Assembly (NCBI GenBank): GCA_038045945.1
Contig: JBBSXC010000004.1
Location: forward strand, 192,001-256,000
DNA: 64,000 bases
Direction: 5' to 3'
DNA from: Nanobdellota archaeon
GTDB lineage: Archaea > Nanobdellota > Nanobdellia > Pacearchaeales > GW2011-AR1
Below the pieces are notes generated by a model. It worked only from the letters and a program-made list of their open reading frames with translations, was not told the DNA's origin and made no database searches. The position numbers were made by a program, and so were the translations under genes. The first letter of the stretch is position 1; every line of letters begins with the position of its first letter. Below are positions 10,399 to 20,478 of this stretch, piece by piece.

Positions 10399-10962
10399 AT
10401 GAATAAAGAAAAAATACTACTGATTAGCACATGCAAAGAAAAAATAAGTGAACTAGAATTCGTAAAACCAATATCGCAAATAATAAAAGAAGAAGGAAAA
10501 GACTCCGATGTAGAGAGCTATAAAGAAGTAAACGCACTAGTGGCAAACAAATACAAAATAATAATAATTTGTGGAACAGCAATAGCAGACTTTGACTACA
10601 ACAATCACCTAATAAACTTCAAATGGATAAAAAATTATTCTGGAAAAGTATTGGGGATATGCTCAGGAATGCAAATAATAACGAAAGTTTACGGAGAAGA
10701 AGTAAGCACAGAGGGATTGCCAAAAATAGGGATGAAAAAAATAATCATAAAAACGCCAATATTAGGGTTAGAGGGAAGTAAAGAAGTCTACGAATTACAT
10801 AAAGGGATGTGCAAAACACCAAAAGAATTCACAAGCTACACTAGCGGAGAAGAAGCAGAAATAATAAAACACAAAGAAAAAGAAACCTACGGAGTAATAT
10901 TCCACCCAGAAGTAAGAAACAAAGAAATAATAAAGAAATTTCTAGAGTTAGGAGAAAAATAA
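10399..10962 (+). CDS. Class I glutamine amidotransferase
   Basis: Nucleophile LGICSGMQ and GVIFHPE give the Cys-His-Glu triad. Confidence 0.88.
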   Translation: MNKEKILLISTCKEKISELEFVKPISQIIKEEGKDSDVESYKEVNALVANKYKIIIICGTAIADFDYNNHLINFKWIKNYSGKVLGICSGMQIITKVYGEEVSTEGLPKIGMKKIIIKTPILGLEGSKEVYELHKGMCKTPKEFTSYTSGEEAEIIKHKEKETYGVIFHPEVRNKEIIKKFLELGEK

Positions 10963-10963
10963 A

Positions 10964-11767
10964 ATGAAACTAGTAGACGTACACGCACACTTAACATTTG
11001 AAAGATTTGAAGAAGACTTAGAGGAAGTAATAGAGAGAGCAAGAAAAGGTGGATTCAAAATAATAATTGCATCGGGGGTAGGAAAGAAGAGTAATCGGGA
11101 AGTATTAAAATTATCAAAAAAATACTCTGACATAATAAAAGCAAGCTTCGGAATATACCCTGTAGACGCAGTAGCAGAAATGCTGACAGAAGCCAAAGAT
11201 GACGTAACACGAGATTTAGAAATCTTTAATGTAGAAGAAGAATTAGAATGGATTAAAAAAAACAAAGAAGAATGCGTAGCGATAGGAGAGGTAGGACTAG
11301 ACTACAAAATGGTATTGCCAGAAGAAGCAAGAAAAAAACAAAAAGAGATATTCAGAAAAGTAATAGATTTAGCAAAATTGATAAAGAAACCACTAGTAAT
11401 ACACTCAAGAAACGCAGAATCAGACGTTTTAGAAATATTAAAAGAAGAAAATTTCAAAAACGCTGATTTACACTGCTTTAGCGGAAATAAAAACCTCATA
11501 AAAAAGGGCGTGGGACAAGGATTATACTTTAGCATACCAGCAGTAATAACAAGACTAGAACACTTCAAAATGCTAGTAGAAATAGTCCCATTAACACAGA
11601 TACTAACAGAAACAGACGCACCATACTTATCAGCAGAGTTAGGAAAAAGAAGCGAACCCATAGACGTAAAACACACAATAAGAGAAATAGCAAAAATAAA
11701 GAAACTAAGCGAAGAAGAAGTATCAGAACAAATATACCAAAACGCCAAAAACTTGCTAAAAATTTGA
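10964..11767 (+). CDS. tatD: TatD family nuclease
   Basis: DVHAHL, AIGEVGLDY, IHSR, LHCF, ETDAPYL. Confidence 0.93.
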   Translation: MKLVDVHAHLTFERFEEDLEEVIERARKGGFKIIIASGVGKKSNREVLKLSKKYSDIIKASFGIYPVDAVAEMLTEAKDDVTRDLEIFNVEEELEWIKKNKEECVAIGEVGLDYKMVLPEEARKKQKEIFRKVIDLAKLIKKPLVIHSRNAESDVLEILKEENFKNADLHCFSGNKNLIKKGVGQGLYFSIPAVITRLEHFKMLVEIVPLTQILTETDAPYLSAELGKRSEPIDVKHTIREIAKIKKLSEEEVSEQIYQNAKNLLKI

Positions 11768-11839
11768 TTAATAACTATAAAACAAAGAATTAAAAGGACT
11801 AATAATCTGGGAAATAAGGAGAAAAGAACAAAAATAAAA

Positions 11840-12376
11840 ATGAGATTATTCATAGCAATATTCCTGCCAGAAGACGTAAAGAAAGAAATAAAAAACACTC
11901 AAGAAAAAGTAAGAAAACTAGAATTAATGAATGCAAGATACGCAGAAACAGACAACTTACACCTAACACTAAAATTTTTAGGAGAAGTAACAACACAAAA
12001 AGCAGATGAAATAAGCAAAAAATTATCAAAAATAAAAGAAGAATCATTCGAAACAACAATCTCCCAAGCAGGAATATTCACACCAAGCGAACCAAAAATA
12101 TTGTGGTTAGAAATGAGCGGAGCAGAAAAACTACAAAAAAAGATAGATGAAACAATGGAAGAAGAAGGATTCAAAAAAGAACCACGATTCATGAGCCACA
12201 TAACAATAGCAAGAATAAAACAAATGAACAAAACATACGTGATGAAACTACTAGACGAAATGAACAAAAAAGAAAAAGAAGAAAAATTCAAAATAAAAAA
12301 GTTTTCATTAGTAGAGTCAGAACTAACACCAAGCGGGCCAAAATACAAAGTGATAAAAGACTACAAACTAGAATAA
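11840..12376 (+). CDS. thpR: RNA 2',3'-cyclic phosphodiesterase (2H family)
   Basis: MRLFIAI, HLTLKFLG, HITIAR, SELTPSGPKY. Confidence 0.92.
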   Translation: MRLFIAIFLPEDVKKEIKNTQEKVRKLELMNARYAETDNLHLTLKFLGEVTTQKADEISKKLSKIKEESFETTISQAGIFTPSEPKILWLEMSGAEKLQKKIDETMEEEGFKKEPRFMSHITIARIKQMNKTYVMKLLDEMNKKEKEEKFKIKKFSLVESELTPSGPKYKVIKDYKLE

Positions 12377-13945
12377 TTATTCCTTGTCATCATCAAAATC
12401 GCCTAAAACCTTTTGCTCCTTACTGTCAATTTCATCCCTGAGCTTAAAATCCTTACTGATACTATCAATCGCAGAATACATCTTCTTTTCCTTGTGAAAA
12501 GCAGCCCAAAAATAGATTTCATCACGGGTCTTCTGAGTAACTAAAGTAACAACCTTACCAGGCTTGAGCCTAGCAGTACGACCACCACGCTGAATCTTAC
12601 GAATAGCACTAGGAATGGGCTCATAAAAAACAACTAAAGAAACCTCAGGAAGATCCAAACCCTCCTCGCCAATAGAAGTAGCACAAAGAACATTAACACT
12701 ACCAGAACGAAAGTCATTAAGAAGTTCAGACTGCTCGCGCTGAGAAAGACCAGTATCACCCTTCTTCAATTGACCGACAAAAACACGAGAATTAACGCCT
12801 GGCAAAGAATTAAGAGACTTACAAATAGCAGTAGCGGTAGAACGAAACTGAGTAAAAATTATAGCTCTGCGCTTATCACCAATTGATTCATCCTTAATAA
12901 TACCCTTAACAACAGCCAACTTAGGGTGCTCAATATTATCACCAATGAGCTTAAGCAAAAAATCATTAGCCAAAAGAAAATCCTTATTAGCAACCAACGT
13001 CTGAACAGACTTACTCTTCTTACTAGCAGCCTGATCAAACAAATCCTTAAAGTAATCGGCAGTTGAAGAAAGAGTCTGAGTCTCAATCAACTCAATAGCA
13101 TGAGAAACCTTCAAGGCCTGAGCACAAGCAGAAGAACCAGCCATAGAATTAAAATTTTTGTTACCAGCAATAATGCCCTTGATTAGACGAGCCTGAAGCT
13201 CCAAAAGAGATTTCTTACCGCCAGGACCAAACAAGAGTTTCCTACTCTTAAGCTCAAAAACCTTCTTATCATAAATACCTTTTAAGAGATCACGAACACG
13301 AGAAAGAACGGGAGGATAATCAACCTTAACAACCTCCACCTCTAACTCCTGCAAATACTCCTTAACATCATCACTATCTCTAGTTCTAACCTCCAAAGCC
13401 TCAATACCCAAATTATCACAGATCTCCTTAATCTTAGCCTTATCAGAACCTGGAGAAGCAGTCATACCAAGAACACGGGGATTAGAAGCAACCTCCAAAT
13501 AATGATGAGCAACATAATTATAATCATAATTTTTCAAACAACGATGAGCCTCATCCTCAACAAGCAAACAAACAGAAGACAAATCATAAAGATTCTTCTT
13601 AAGATCATTAGCAATACATTGAGGGGTAGAAAAAATTATGTCGGCCCTCTGCCAAAGCTTTTTACGAGTTTGAGCTTCCACACCTCCAGTGAAAATCTCT
13701 ATAGTAGCAAAAAGCTCAGTTAAATGCTTGCGAAAATAACTCATTTGTTGCTCAGCCAAAGGCTTAGTGGGAGCAAGAAACAAAACTTTACCAGAAGGAA
13801 AACTCTTAAGCCTGTCAACAGCAAGCATTAAAGCAATAAGAGTCTTACCAACACCCGTGGGAAGAACAACCAAACAATTCTTATCCCTACAAGTAAGAAA
13901 AATTTCTTCCTGGTACTTACGAGGAGAAATACCAACAATGGTCAT
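12377..13945 (-). CDS. hef: Hef/Mph1 (FANCM-like) DEAH helicase without nuclease domain
   Basis: PRKYQ, LPTGVGKT, DEAHR, MTASPG, TSIGEEGLD, IQRGGRTAR; ends with PIP-like QKVLGDF; start moved to MTIVG. Confidence 0.9.
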   Translation of the reverse strand: MTIVGISPRKYQEEIFLTCRDKNCLVVLPTGVGKTLIALMLAVDRLKSFPSGKVLFLAPTKPLAEQQMSYFRKHLTELFATIEIFTGGVEAQTRKKLWQRADIIFSTPQCIANDLKKNLYDLSSVCLLVEDEAHRCLKNYDYNYVAHHYLEVASNPRVLGMTASPGSDKAKIKEICDNLGIEALEVRTRDSDDVKEYLQELEVEVVKVDYPPVLSRVRDLLKGIYDKKVFELKSRKLLFGPGGKKSLLELQARLIKGIIAGNKNFNSMAGSSACAQALKVSHAIELIETQTLSSTADYFKDLFDQAASKKSKSVQTLVANKDFLLANDFLLKLIGDNIEHPKLAVVKGIIKDESIGDKRRAIIFTQFRSTATAICKSLNSLPGVNSRVFVGQLKKGDTGLSQREQSELLNDFRSGSVNVLCATSIGEEGLDLPEVSLVVFYEPIPSAIRKIQRGGRTARLKPGKVVTLVTQKTRDEIYFWAAFHKEKKMYSAIDSISKDFKLRDEIDSKEQKVLGDFDDDKE

Positions 13946-13967
13946 GAATGAGAAAAGAAAGAGAGGA

Positions 13968-14495
13968 TTATAAAGAAAGTGGTGATAAAACTTTTTGTTC
14001 ATCAATCTTATCATAGATATACTGAGAGAAGAAACCATCATACTTTTTTTGCAGAAACTTATTTTTCCAATCATTTCCTGTAACTAATCCTCTGCATTTG
14101 GGACTCTGGCAGGAACAGACAAAACTATAATCTGTACTTTCGGACATGGCATAATCAAAAGTAATCTCCTCACCAACTGGGATATCCCTCATTGCTACAA
14201 ACTGCATCTTATTCTTAATACCGCAGTTAGGATCACAAGAGTGATTAACATGTCCAAATCTCTTTTCGTTATCATTATTAACTGTGACTAAAAACGAATC
14301 TTTCCCAATCTGAAGCATATGATCAAACCCTGTAGAATACTTTTTGTCAGCTTCAGCTTTACTAATAATTATTTGTGGTGCAGAAGAGAAATCAATTATT
14401 ACTTCTCCTCTCATTATCGGTTTTATAGCAAACGATCCATAACCTGAAATTAAACTTAAACCACTATTAATACTGTTAGAAAAATACGCTCTCAT
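13968..14495 (-). CDS. SET domain lysine methyltransferase-like protein with post-SET motif
   Basis: GYGSFA, VNHSCDPNC, GEEITFDY, CSCQSPKCRG. Confidence 0.9.
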   Translation of the reverse strand: MRAYFSNSINSGLSLISGYGSFAIKPIMRGEVIIDFSSAPQIIISKAEADKKYSTGFDHMLQIGKDSFLVTVNNDNEKRFGHVNHSCDPNCGIKNKMQFVAMRDIPVGEEITFDYAMSESTDYSFVCSCQSPKCRGLVTGNDWKNKFLQKKYDGFFSQYIYDKIDEQKVLSPLSL

Positions 14496-14496
14496 A

Positions 14497-15135
14497 TTAT
14501 ACCAAAAAGAAACTATAAGCCAAAGCTACCAAAACAACACCAGACAAAACCATCCACAAAGAACGATTACCAAAAAATAATTTTGTACCATCAAGCTGAC
14601 CAAAAGGAATCATATTAAAAAAAGAAAACTGGATAGCAATCCTAGAAACCAAAGGAAGATTAAGAATATAAGCAAAAAAAGCAATAAGCAAACAAGAAAA
14701 AACGCCAGCCGCAGAAACAAAAGCAGAATCACGATCAGAAATATTAGTAAAAGAAAGAAGACCATCCTTACGAACCTGCTTATACTTACGAGGCTTAAGA
14801 TCACTCTGCAAAGAAGCATACCAAGGAATAGTACCAAGACTTAAAACAAGAACAACAATAGGAAGAATAATACCCAAAGGAACCTCATTATTAAAATACT
14901 GGTGAGCCCTAAAACCATAACGCTTAAGACTCCAAATCCTAGATTCCTCATCAACACTGAAATAATAACCAGTAAGCTTCTTAGCAAGAAGATAAACAAA
15001 AAGTATGAGGCCAAAAACAATAAGCATAATAAAAAAACCAAAAAAAGTCAAAGACTGAAACTCGACGACAGAACCAACAAAACTAAGAACTATCCAAGCA
15101 CTAATAACCTGACCAAGCTCTTTAAAAGTTTCCAT
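14497..15135 (-). CDS. M50/site-2 protease-like membrane protein, apparently lacking HExxH
   Basis: VSAAG and FFNMIPFGQLDG motifs present; no HExxH. Confidence 0.7.
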   Translation of the reverse strand: METFKELGQVISAWIVLSFVGSVVEFQSLTFFGFFIMLIVFGLILFVYLLAKKLTGYYFSVDEESRIWSLKRYGFRAHQYFNNEVPLGIILPIVVLVLSLGTIPWYASLQSDLKPRKYKQVRKDGLLSFTNISDRDSAFVSAAGVFSCLLIAFFAYILNLPLVSRIAIQFSFFNMIPFGQLDGTKLFFGNRSLWMVLSGVVLVALAYSFFLV

Positions 15136-15212
15136 TTTTTTAATAATCACACCACTCAAACAGTTACGATAGTATAGAAAAGTATATAAATAATGTGCTT
15201 TTGTCTCATCTC

Positions 15213-15500
15213 ATGTTAAAAGTAAAAAAGATTAGTGAAATTTTAGGAAAAAAAGTATTCACCGACACTGGAGACTTCTTCGGAGAAGTTGAAGAAGTAA
15301 ACATTGTGGAGAACAAAATAGACGGTTGGAGAATAAGAGTAGCTGGAGAGTTTGGAGGATTCTTGGGAGGAGCAAGAGGAGTAATAATACCCCACCAATT
15401 CGTAAGAGCAATAGGAACAATAATGTTAGTAGCAAGAAGTTCGCTGCCAAACAATGAGTCTATGGAAGAATCAATGCCATCTGAAGAAGAGGCAATGTAA
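15213..15500 (+). CDS. PRC-barrel domain protein (CdpB-like possible)
   Basis: ISEILGKKVFTDTGDFFGEVEE...IIPHQFVRAIGTIMLV; TATA-like box upstream. Confidence 0.85.
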   Translation: MLKVKKISEILGKKVFTDTGDFFGEVEEVNIVENKIDGWRIRVAGEFGGFLGGARGVIIPHQFVRAIGTIMLVARSSLPNNESMEESMPSEEEAM

Positions 15501-15527
15501 AAAATCCTAAAAAAAGAATAAAAAGCT

Positions 15528-16019
15528 ATGGTAACAACTTTCTTTTCATCACCATTCCTAGTACAGGTCTTACTACCATTCGTAATACTATTCCTGGTAA
15601 TATACGCAATACTACAAAAAACAAAAATTCTTAGCGGAGACAACAAAACACTAAACGTGGTAATATCACTAGCATTATCAATAATAGCAGTATCATTTGC
15701 GTACCCAACTGACATAATAACAAGAATAATACCATTATTCGCAGTAACAATAGTAATAGTATTAGTACTAATGATAATATTCGCATTCGCAGAAGGAAAA
15801 GACAAATTCGAACTAAACAACGGAATAAAATACGCAATTTGGGGAATAGCAGGATTTGCAATACTAGCAATGGTTATATGGGCAAGCGGAATATGGACTT
15901 ACCTAACAAACAAAACACATTCAAACTTACTATGGAACATAATATTCTTCATAATAATAATAGCAGTAATAATAGTAGCATCAATAGGCGGAAGTAGCGG
16001 CGGAGACAAGAAAAAATAA
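15528..16019 (+). CDS. Membrane protein, paralog of 16101..16640
   Basis: Shared LPFxLxFxVxYAILxK...NxVxSLA pattern; about five TM helices. Confidence 0.75.
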   Translation: MVTTFFSSPFLVQVLLPFVILFLVIYAILQKTKILSGDNKTLNVVISLALSIIAVSFAYPTDIITRIIPLFAVTIVIVLVLMIIFAFAEGKDKFELNNGIKYAIWGIAGFAILAMVIWASGIWTYLTNKTHSNLLWNIIFFIIIIAVIIVASIGGSSGGDKKK

Positions 16020-16100
16020 CTCAAAAATTCTCAAAGGACAATATTTTAAGATAAACCAGTTTAACAAAAGATATATAAATAACCCGTCCGTTTTTTTAGA

Positions 16101-16640
16101 ATGGGATTATTAGAGGGATTCGCAACATACGACGCTGGAATAACAAAAGTTTTAGCTGATTGGGAAAAAATGGGTGTTTTCGCATATGTACTACCATTCA
16201 TACTAATATTTGCAGTAACATACGCAATTCTAGAAAAGATACCAGTATTCAAAGGCAAAAAGGGAATAAACCTTGTAGTATCATTAGCAATAGGACTACT
16301 ATCGTTACAAATGAACTTTGTAGCAGTATTCTTCAGAGAAATATTCCCAAGAGCAGGAATAGGGCTATCAGTACTGCTCGTATCATTAATATTATGCGGA
16401 GCATTCATAGACTGGGAAGGAAAAAAACACCAATGGATATTCTTCGGAGTAGGAGCAGTAACATTCTTATTCATAATAGCTAACGCATTCTCAGCATACT
16501 CAGGATACACCACAAACTGGTGGGAAGATTACGGAAGCGCAATAGTAATACTAATACTAGTAATAACACTAATAGTATTATCAATGACTATGGGAAGCTT
16601 CTCATACTTAGGAAGATCAACAAGAATACAAAGAAAGTAA
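16101..16640 (+). CDS. Membrane protein, paralog of 15528..16019
   Basis: YVLPFILIFAVTYAILEK...INLVVSLAIG; TATA box at 16072-16079. Confidence 0.75.
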   Translation: MGLLEGFATYDAGITKVLADWEKMGVFAYVLPFILIFAVTYAILEKIPVFKGKKGINLVVSLAIGLLSLQMNFVAVFFREIFPRAGIGLSVLLVSLILCGAFIDWEGKKHQWIFFGVGAVTFLFIIANAFSAYSGYTTNWWEDYGSAIVILILVITLIVLSMTMGSFSYLGRSTRIQRK

Positions 16641-16758
16641 AAAAAATATTCTCAGAACCGCATAAAAAGAAAAAGAACAATAATTATCCTACGAGCTAAT
16701 AATACTTATAAACCAACAATTAATCAGTAAAACAGAGGAAGAAAGAACAATAACCATT

Positions 16759-16908
16759 ATGGACCTAACAAAAAAGTGCGAGAAGTGCAAAGGATTCAAA
16801 AGAATAAAAAAAGCGGACGGAACAATACAACCATGCTGGGACTGCCTAATGAGCGGAGAAATGGACCAACACTCAAAAGACGTAAAAGACTCAGGACTAA
16901 AAGTATAA
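16759..16908 (+). CDS. 49-aa zinc-finger microprotein (not in ORF track)
   Basis: Translates MDLTKKCEKCKGFKRIKKADGTIQPCWDCLMSGEMDQHSKDVKDSGLKV; two CxxC pairs; host-like codon usage. Confidence 0.65.
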   Translation: MDLTKKCEKCKGFKRIKKADGTIQPCWDCLMSGEMDQHSKDVKDSGLKV

Positions 16909-16924
16909 AAAAACTAAAAACTAA

Positions 16925-17656
16925 TTATTTCTTAACCTTCTTCTTACTCTTCTTCCTTCTAGGCTTAACAACACGACCATTACCAATACTCCTAGACAAA
17001 GGCTCAATAATCTTAGAAAAAGAATTCTGAGTAGACTGTAAATCACTACCCAAATCCTGAATGTTCTGACCATACTCACCAATCTTACGAATAATAGAAT
17101 CCTGCAAAGTATCAATAATAGACTCTATACGCTTAATCCTTTCCTTAAGAAGAATAATCTTATTATCCGTATCAGACTTAAAATCATCAATCTTAGACAA
17201 CTCAGACTTAATCTTAACAATCTTTTGATCAAACACTTGCTCAGCAATCTCGGAAAAAGCCTCAGAGCCTTGAGGTTGAGAATAAGAATACTGGGGGTAG
17301 TTATCACTAGTAACCACAGGAGAAGAATAGGGCTCATAATAATTCTGATCGGCACTCTGCTGATAAGGAGAATCCTGGGGTGGCTGGAAATTAGGAGAAG
17401 GGGTAGGAGGAGAAAAATTAGAGGGGGCAGGCGCTGGAGGAGCAGAATTATTCATAATACTCTGCTGCATATTAGAATCACTAGAAGGATCACCATGGGG
17501 ATTATACTCCTGAGAAACAGCACTCTTAACCTGAAACTGAGAAAGAGCATCCTCAATCTCACGAGGCATAAAACCCTGATTCCTCAAATCAGTAACGATT
17601 TGAGAATCGGACCTACCAGCAGACTTGAGATCCTCAACCTGTTTAATAAGAGACAT
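16925..17656 (-). CDS. Hypothetical protein with helical N-domain, Pro/Gln/Ser linker and coiled coil
   Basis: 243 aa ORF with host-like minus-strand codon usage; heptad-rich C-half. Confidence 0.7.
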   Translation of the reverse strand: MSLIKQVEDLKSAGRSDSQIVTDLRNQGFMPREIEDALSQFQVKSAVSQEYNPHGDPSSDSNMQQSIMNNSAPPAPAPSNFSPPTPSPNFQPPQDSPYQQSADQNYYEPYSSPVVTSDNYPQYSYSQPQGSEAFSEIAEQVFDQKIVKIKSELSKIDDFKSDTDNKIILLKERIKRIESIIDTLQDSIIRKIGEYGQNIQDLGSDLQSTQNSFSKIIEPLSRSIGNGRVVKPRRKKSKKKVKK

Positions 17657-18012
17657 TAGAGTTTAGACTCCTGAATAATTCTTTTAACATCATCAACTGT
17701 AGTAAGCTTCAAAGGCTCAAACATACGAGCCTGACGCTGCAAAATCTCCAAATCAGCCTTACGAGCACGAGACTCAACATCCTCAGAAATCCTCCTAACA
17801 GAACCGGTCAACTTATCAACATCATCCCTAACAGCATCAAGAACAGACTTCATAGAAGAAACACCATGGGAAATCTCGGAACGAAAATCAACCAAGTTCT
17901 CACCAATTAAAAGAATCCTTTCTTTGAGAAGCTTATGCTTCTCCTCAAGATCCCTAAGCTTAGCAATAGGAGAGAATTCATCCTGAGAAACAAAACCTTG
18001 TTGTTCAACCAT
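17656..18012 (-). CDS. Coiled-coil hypothetical protein
   Basis: 118 aa heptad pattern; stop overlaps the start of 16925..17656. Confidence 0.7.
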   Translation of the reverse strand: MVEQQGFVSQDEFSPIAKLRDLEEKHKLLKERILLIGENLVDFRSEISHGVSSMKSVLDAVRDDVDKLTGSVRRISEDVESRARKADLEILQRQARMFEPLKLTTVDDVKRIIQESKL

Positions 18013-18171
18013 CTTTATATTATTAAGAATAGGATGATGAGTTTAAAATACTTACTGTCATAAGCAACGACAAAACAAGGTATAGAAAGAGTTTTTAATA
18101 ACACAAAACATCAAAACAATGAGCAACGAAACAAAGAAATTTGTTTAAGCAAAAAAAGAAGGAAAAAAATA

Positions 18172-20478
18172 ATGTTATTCAAAAAAGAGACACAACAATA
18201 CGGATACGAAATTATCAGAGAAAGCGGACAAGACATAATGTACATCAACTTCCTAAAAGTACCATTCGTGCCATCGATAGCAGAACAAGGACAAATAATG
18301 GCAAGAATAATAGACTACCTAATAGAAAACCCGAACACATCAAGAATAGTACTAGTACAACAAAGAAACTACAGCCACTCATTCTCACAAGTAAGCCTAC
18401 TAACAGAAATAGCAAGCTTATACAACACACTAATACAACAAGTAGGGCTACTAAGAGTCGACCCCAGAACACAAAACATTTGCAGAGAATGCACAGAAAG
18501 AAGAAACAAAAACATGACATACTTCCTAAGCATACTAAAACAAGACCCAATAGCAGCATACTACGAAATAAAAAGATTCAGAAACGAAGAAGAAGGAAAA
18601 ATAAATGTATCAGAACAAAAATGCAGAACGATAATAAACGACAACATAAGAGTAATAGAAAGAACAACAATGCTACTAGAATCAACAAGCATATACAAAA
18701 AACTAGAATCATCACTACCATATTACAAATTCGGTGAAAGAGAAATATACAACAATGTTCTACAACCAGACGTAGTACCAAACTTTACATTCACAAGACT
18801 CCTTGCATCACTACCAACAGACGCAGAAATAGTAAAACAATACCAAATAGCAGAAGGAAGCGACGAAAGCACAGTAACAATAATGAAAAAGAAAGACGAC
18901 CTAAAATACTTCTACCACCTAATGCCGCCAGAATACTCGTTAAGTGAAGACCATTACTACCTGCTAAACCTAGCAAGAAACGTACTAGTAGAACACGCAC
19001 CAAAAAACGAAGAATTCACAGACCCAGAAAGAACAAGACACGTATTCATAAACGTAAGCAAAGATCTCCTAAGAGAATTAGCCGCAAACAAAGGAGTAGC
19101 AATAAGCTACCAAGACCTAGAAAAATTAGCAAACATACTAGTGAGACACACAATAGGATTCGGAATACTAGAAGTATTACTACAAGACGAAAACATACAA
19201 GACATGATGCTAAACGCACCAGCAAGCATAAACCAAATATTCATAAAACACGGAGAATTCGACGAATGCGTAACAAACATAATACCAAGCCAAGAAGACG
19301 TACAATCGTGGGCAGCAAAATTCAGAATACTATCAGGAAGACCACTAGACGAAGCAAACCCGGTACTAGACACAAACTTGGAACTCGGAAGAATGAGTGC
19401 GAGAGTAGCAATAATACAACAGCCACTATCGCCAAACGGATTAGCATACGCATTTCGAAGACACAGAGACAACCCATGGACACTACCACTATTCATAAAA
19501 AACAAAATGTTAAGCCCACTAGCAGCAGGACTACTATCATTCCTAATAGATGGAGCAAGAACATTCCTAGTAGCAGGAACAAGAAGCAGCGGAAAAACAT
19601 CACTACTAGGAGCACTAATGCTAGAGATAATGCCCAAGTACAGAGTAATAGTACTAGAAGACACACTAGAACTACCAGTAGAGGCACTAAGAGAAATAGG
19701 GTACGATATTCTAAGAATGAAAGTAAGAAGCGCACTACTAGAAAAAACAAGCGAAGTAGCAGCAGACGAAGGAATAAGAACCTCGCTTAGACTAGGAGAC
19801 TCATCACTTATAGTTGGAGAAGTAAGAAGCATAGAAGCAAGAGCACTATACGAAGCAATGAGAGTAGGAGCACTAGCAAACGTAGTAGCTGGAACAATAC
19901 ACGGAGCATCACCATATGGAGTATTCGACAGAGTAGTAAACGACCTAGAAGTACCAGCAACAAGCTTCAAAGCAACAGACCTAATAATAATAGCAAACCC
20001 AGTAAGAAGCGCAGACGGACAAAAAAGCTACAGACGCATGATACAACTAACAGAAGTAAGAAAGGGATGGAGTAAAGATCCTGAAGAAGAACACGGATTC
20101 GTAGACCTACTAAGATACAACGTAGAAAAAGACATGCTAGAACCAACAGACGAACTAATAAACGGAGACAGCGAAGTAATAAAAGCAATAGCAGCAAACG
20201 TAAAAGGGTGGGCGGGAAACTGGGACGCAGTATGGGACAACATCCAACTAAGAGCAAAAATAAAAGAAGAAATAGTAAAACAAGCAGAAAAAAACAAAAC
20301 ACCAGAATTATTAGAAGCAAAATTCAACAGCTTAAGCAACTCAGCATTCTACAAAATAAGCGAAAAAGTAACAAAACAAGAAGGACTACCAAAAAGCGAA
20401 ATAGTATTCCCGCAATGGGAAGAATGGCTAAAACAAAAAATAAAAGAAATAAAAAGCGGGAAGAATAAAGAAGATTAG
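18172..20478 (+). CDS. Type II/IV secretion ATPase (FlaI/TadA/VirB11 family) with long N-terminal extension
   Basis: Walker A GTRSSGKT, Asp box LEDTLEL, Walker B LIVGEVR, His box GTIHG. Confidence 0.93.
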   Translation: MLFKKETQQYGYEIIRESGQDIMYINFLKVPFVPSIAEQGQIMARIIDYLIENPNTSRIVLVQQRNYSHSFSQVSLLTEIASLYNTLIQQVGLLRVDPRTQNICRECTERRNKNMTYFLSILKQDPIAAYYEIKRFRNEEEGKINVSEQKCRTIINDNIRVIERTTMLLESTSIYKKLESSLPYYKFGEREIYNNVLQPDVVPNFTFTRLLASLPTDAEIVKQYQIAEGSDESTVTIMKKKDDLKYFYHLMPPEYSLSEDHYYLLNLARNVLVEHAPKNEEFTDPERTRHVFINVSKDLLRELAANKGVAISYQDLEKLANILVRHTIGFGILEVLLQDENIQDMMLNAPASINQIFIKHGEFDECVTNIIPSQEDVQSWAAKFRILSGRPLDEANPVLDTNLELGRMSARVAIIQQPLSPNGLAYAFRRHRDNPWTLPLFIKNKMLSPLAAGLLSFLIDGARTFLVAGTRSSGKTSLLGALMLEIMPKYRVIVLEDTLELPVEALREIGYDILRMKVRSALLEKTSEVAADEGIRTSLRLGDSSLIVGEVRSIEARALYEAMRVGALANVVAGTIHGASPYGVFDRVVNDLEVPATSFKATDLIIIANPVRSADGQKSYRRMIQLTEVRKGWSKDPEEEHGFVDLLRYNVEKDMLEPTDELINGDSEVIKAIAANVKGWAGNWDAVWDNIQLRAKIKEEIVKQAEKNKTPELLEAKFNSLSNSAFYKISEKVTKQEGLPKSEIVFPQWEEWLKQKIKEIKSGKNKED

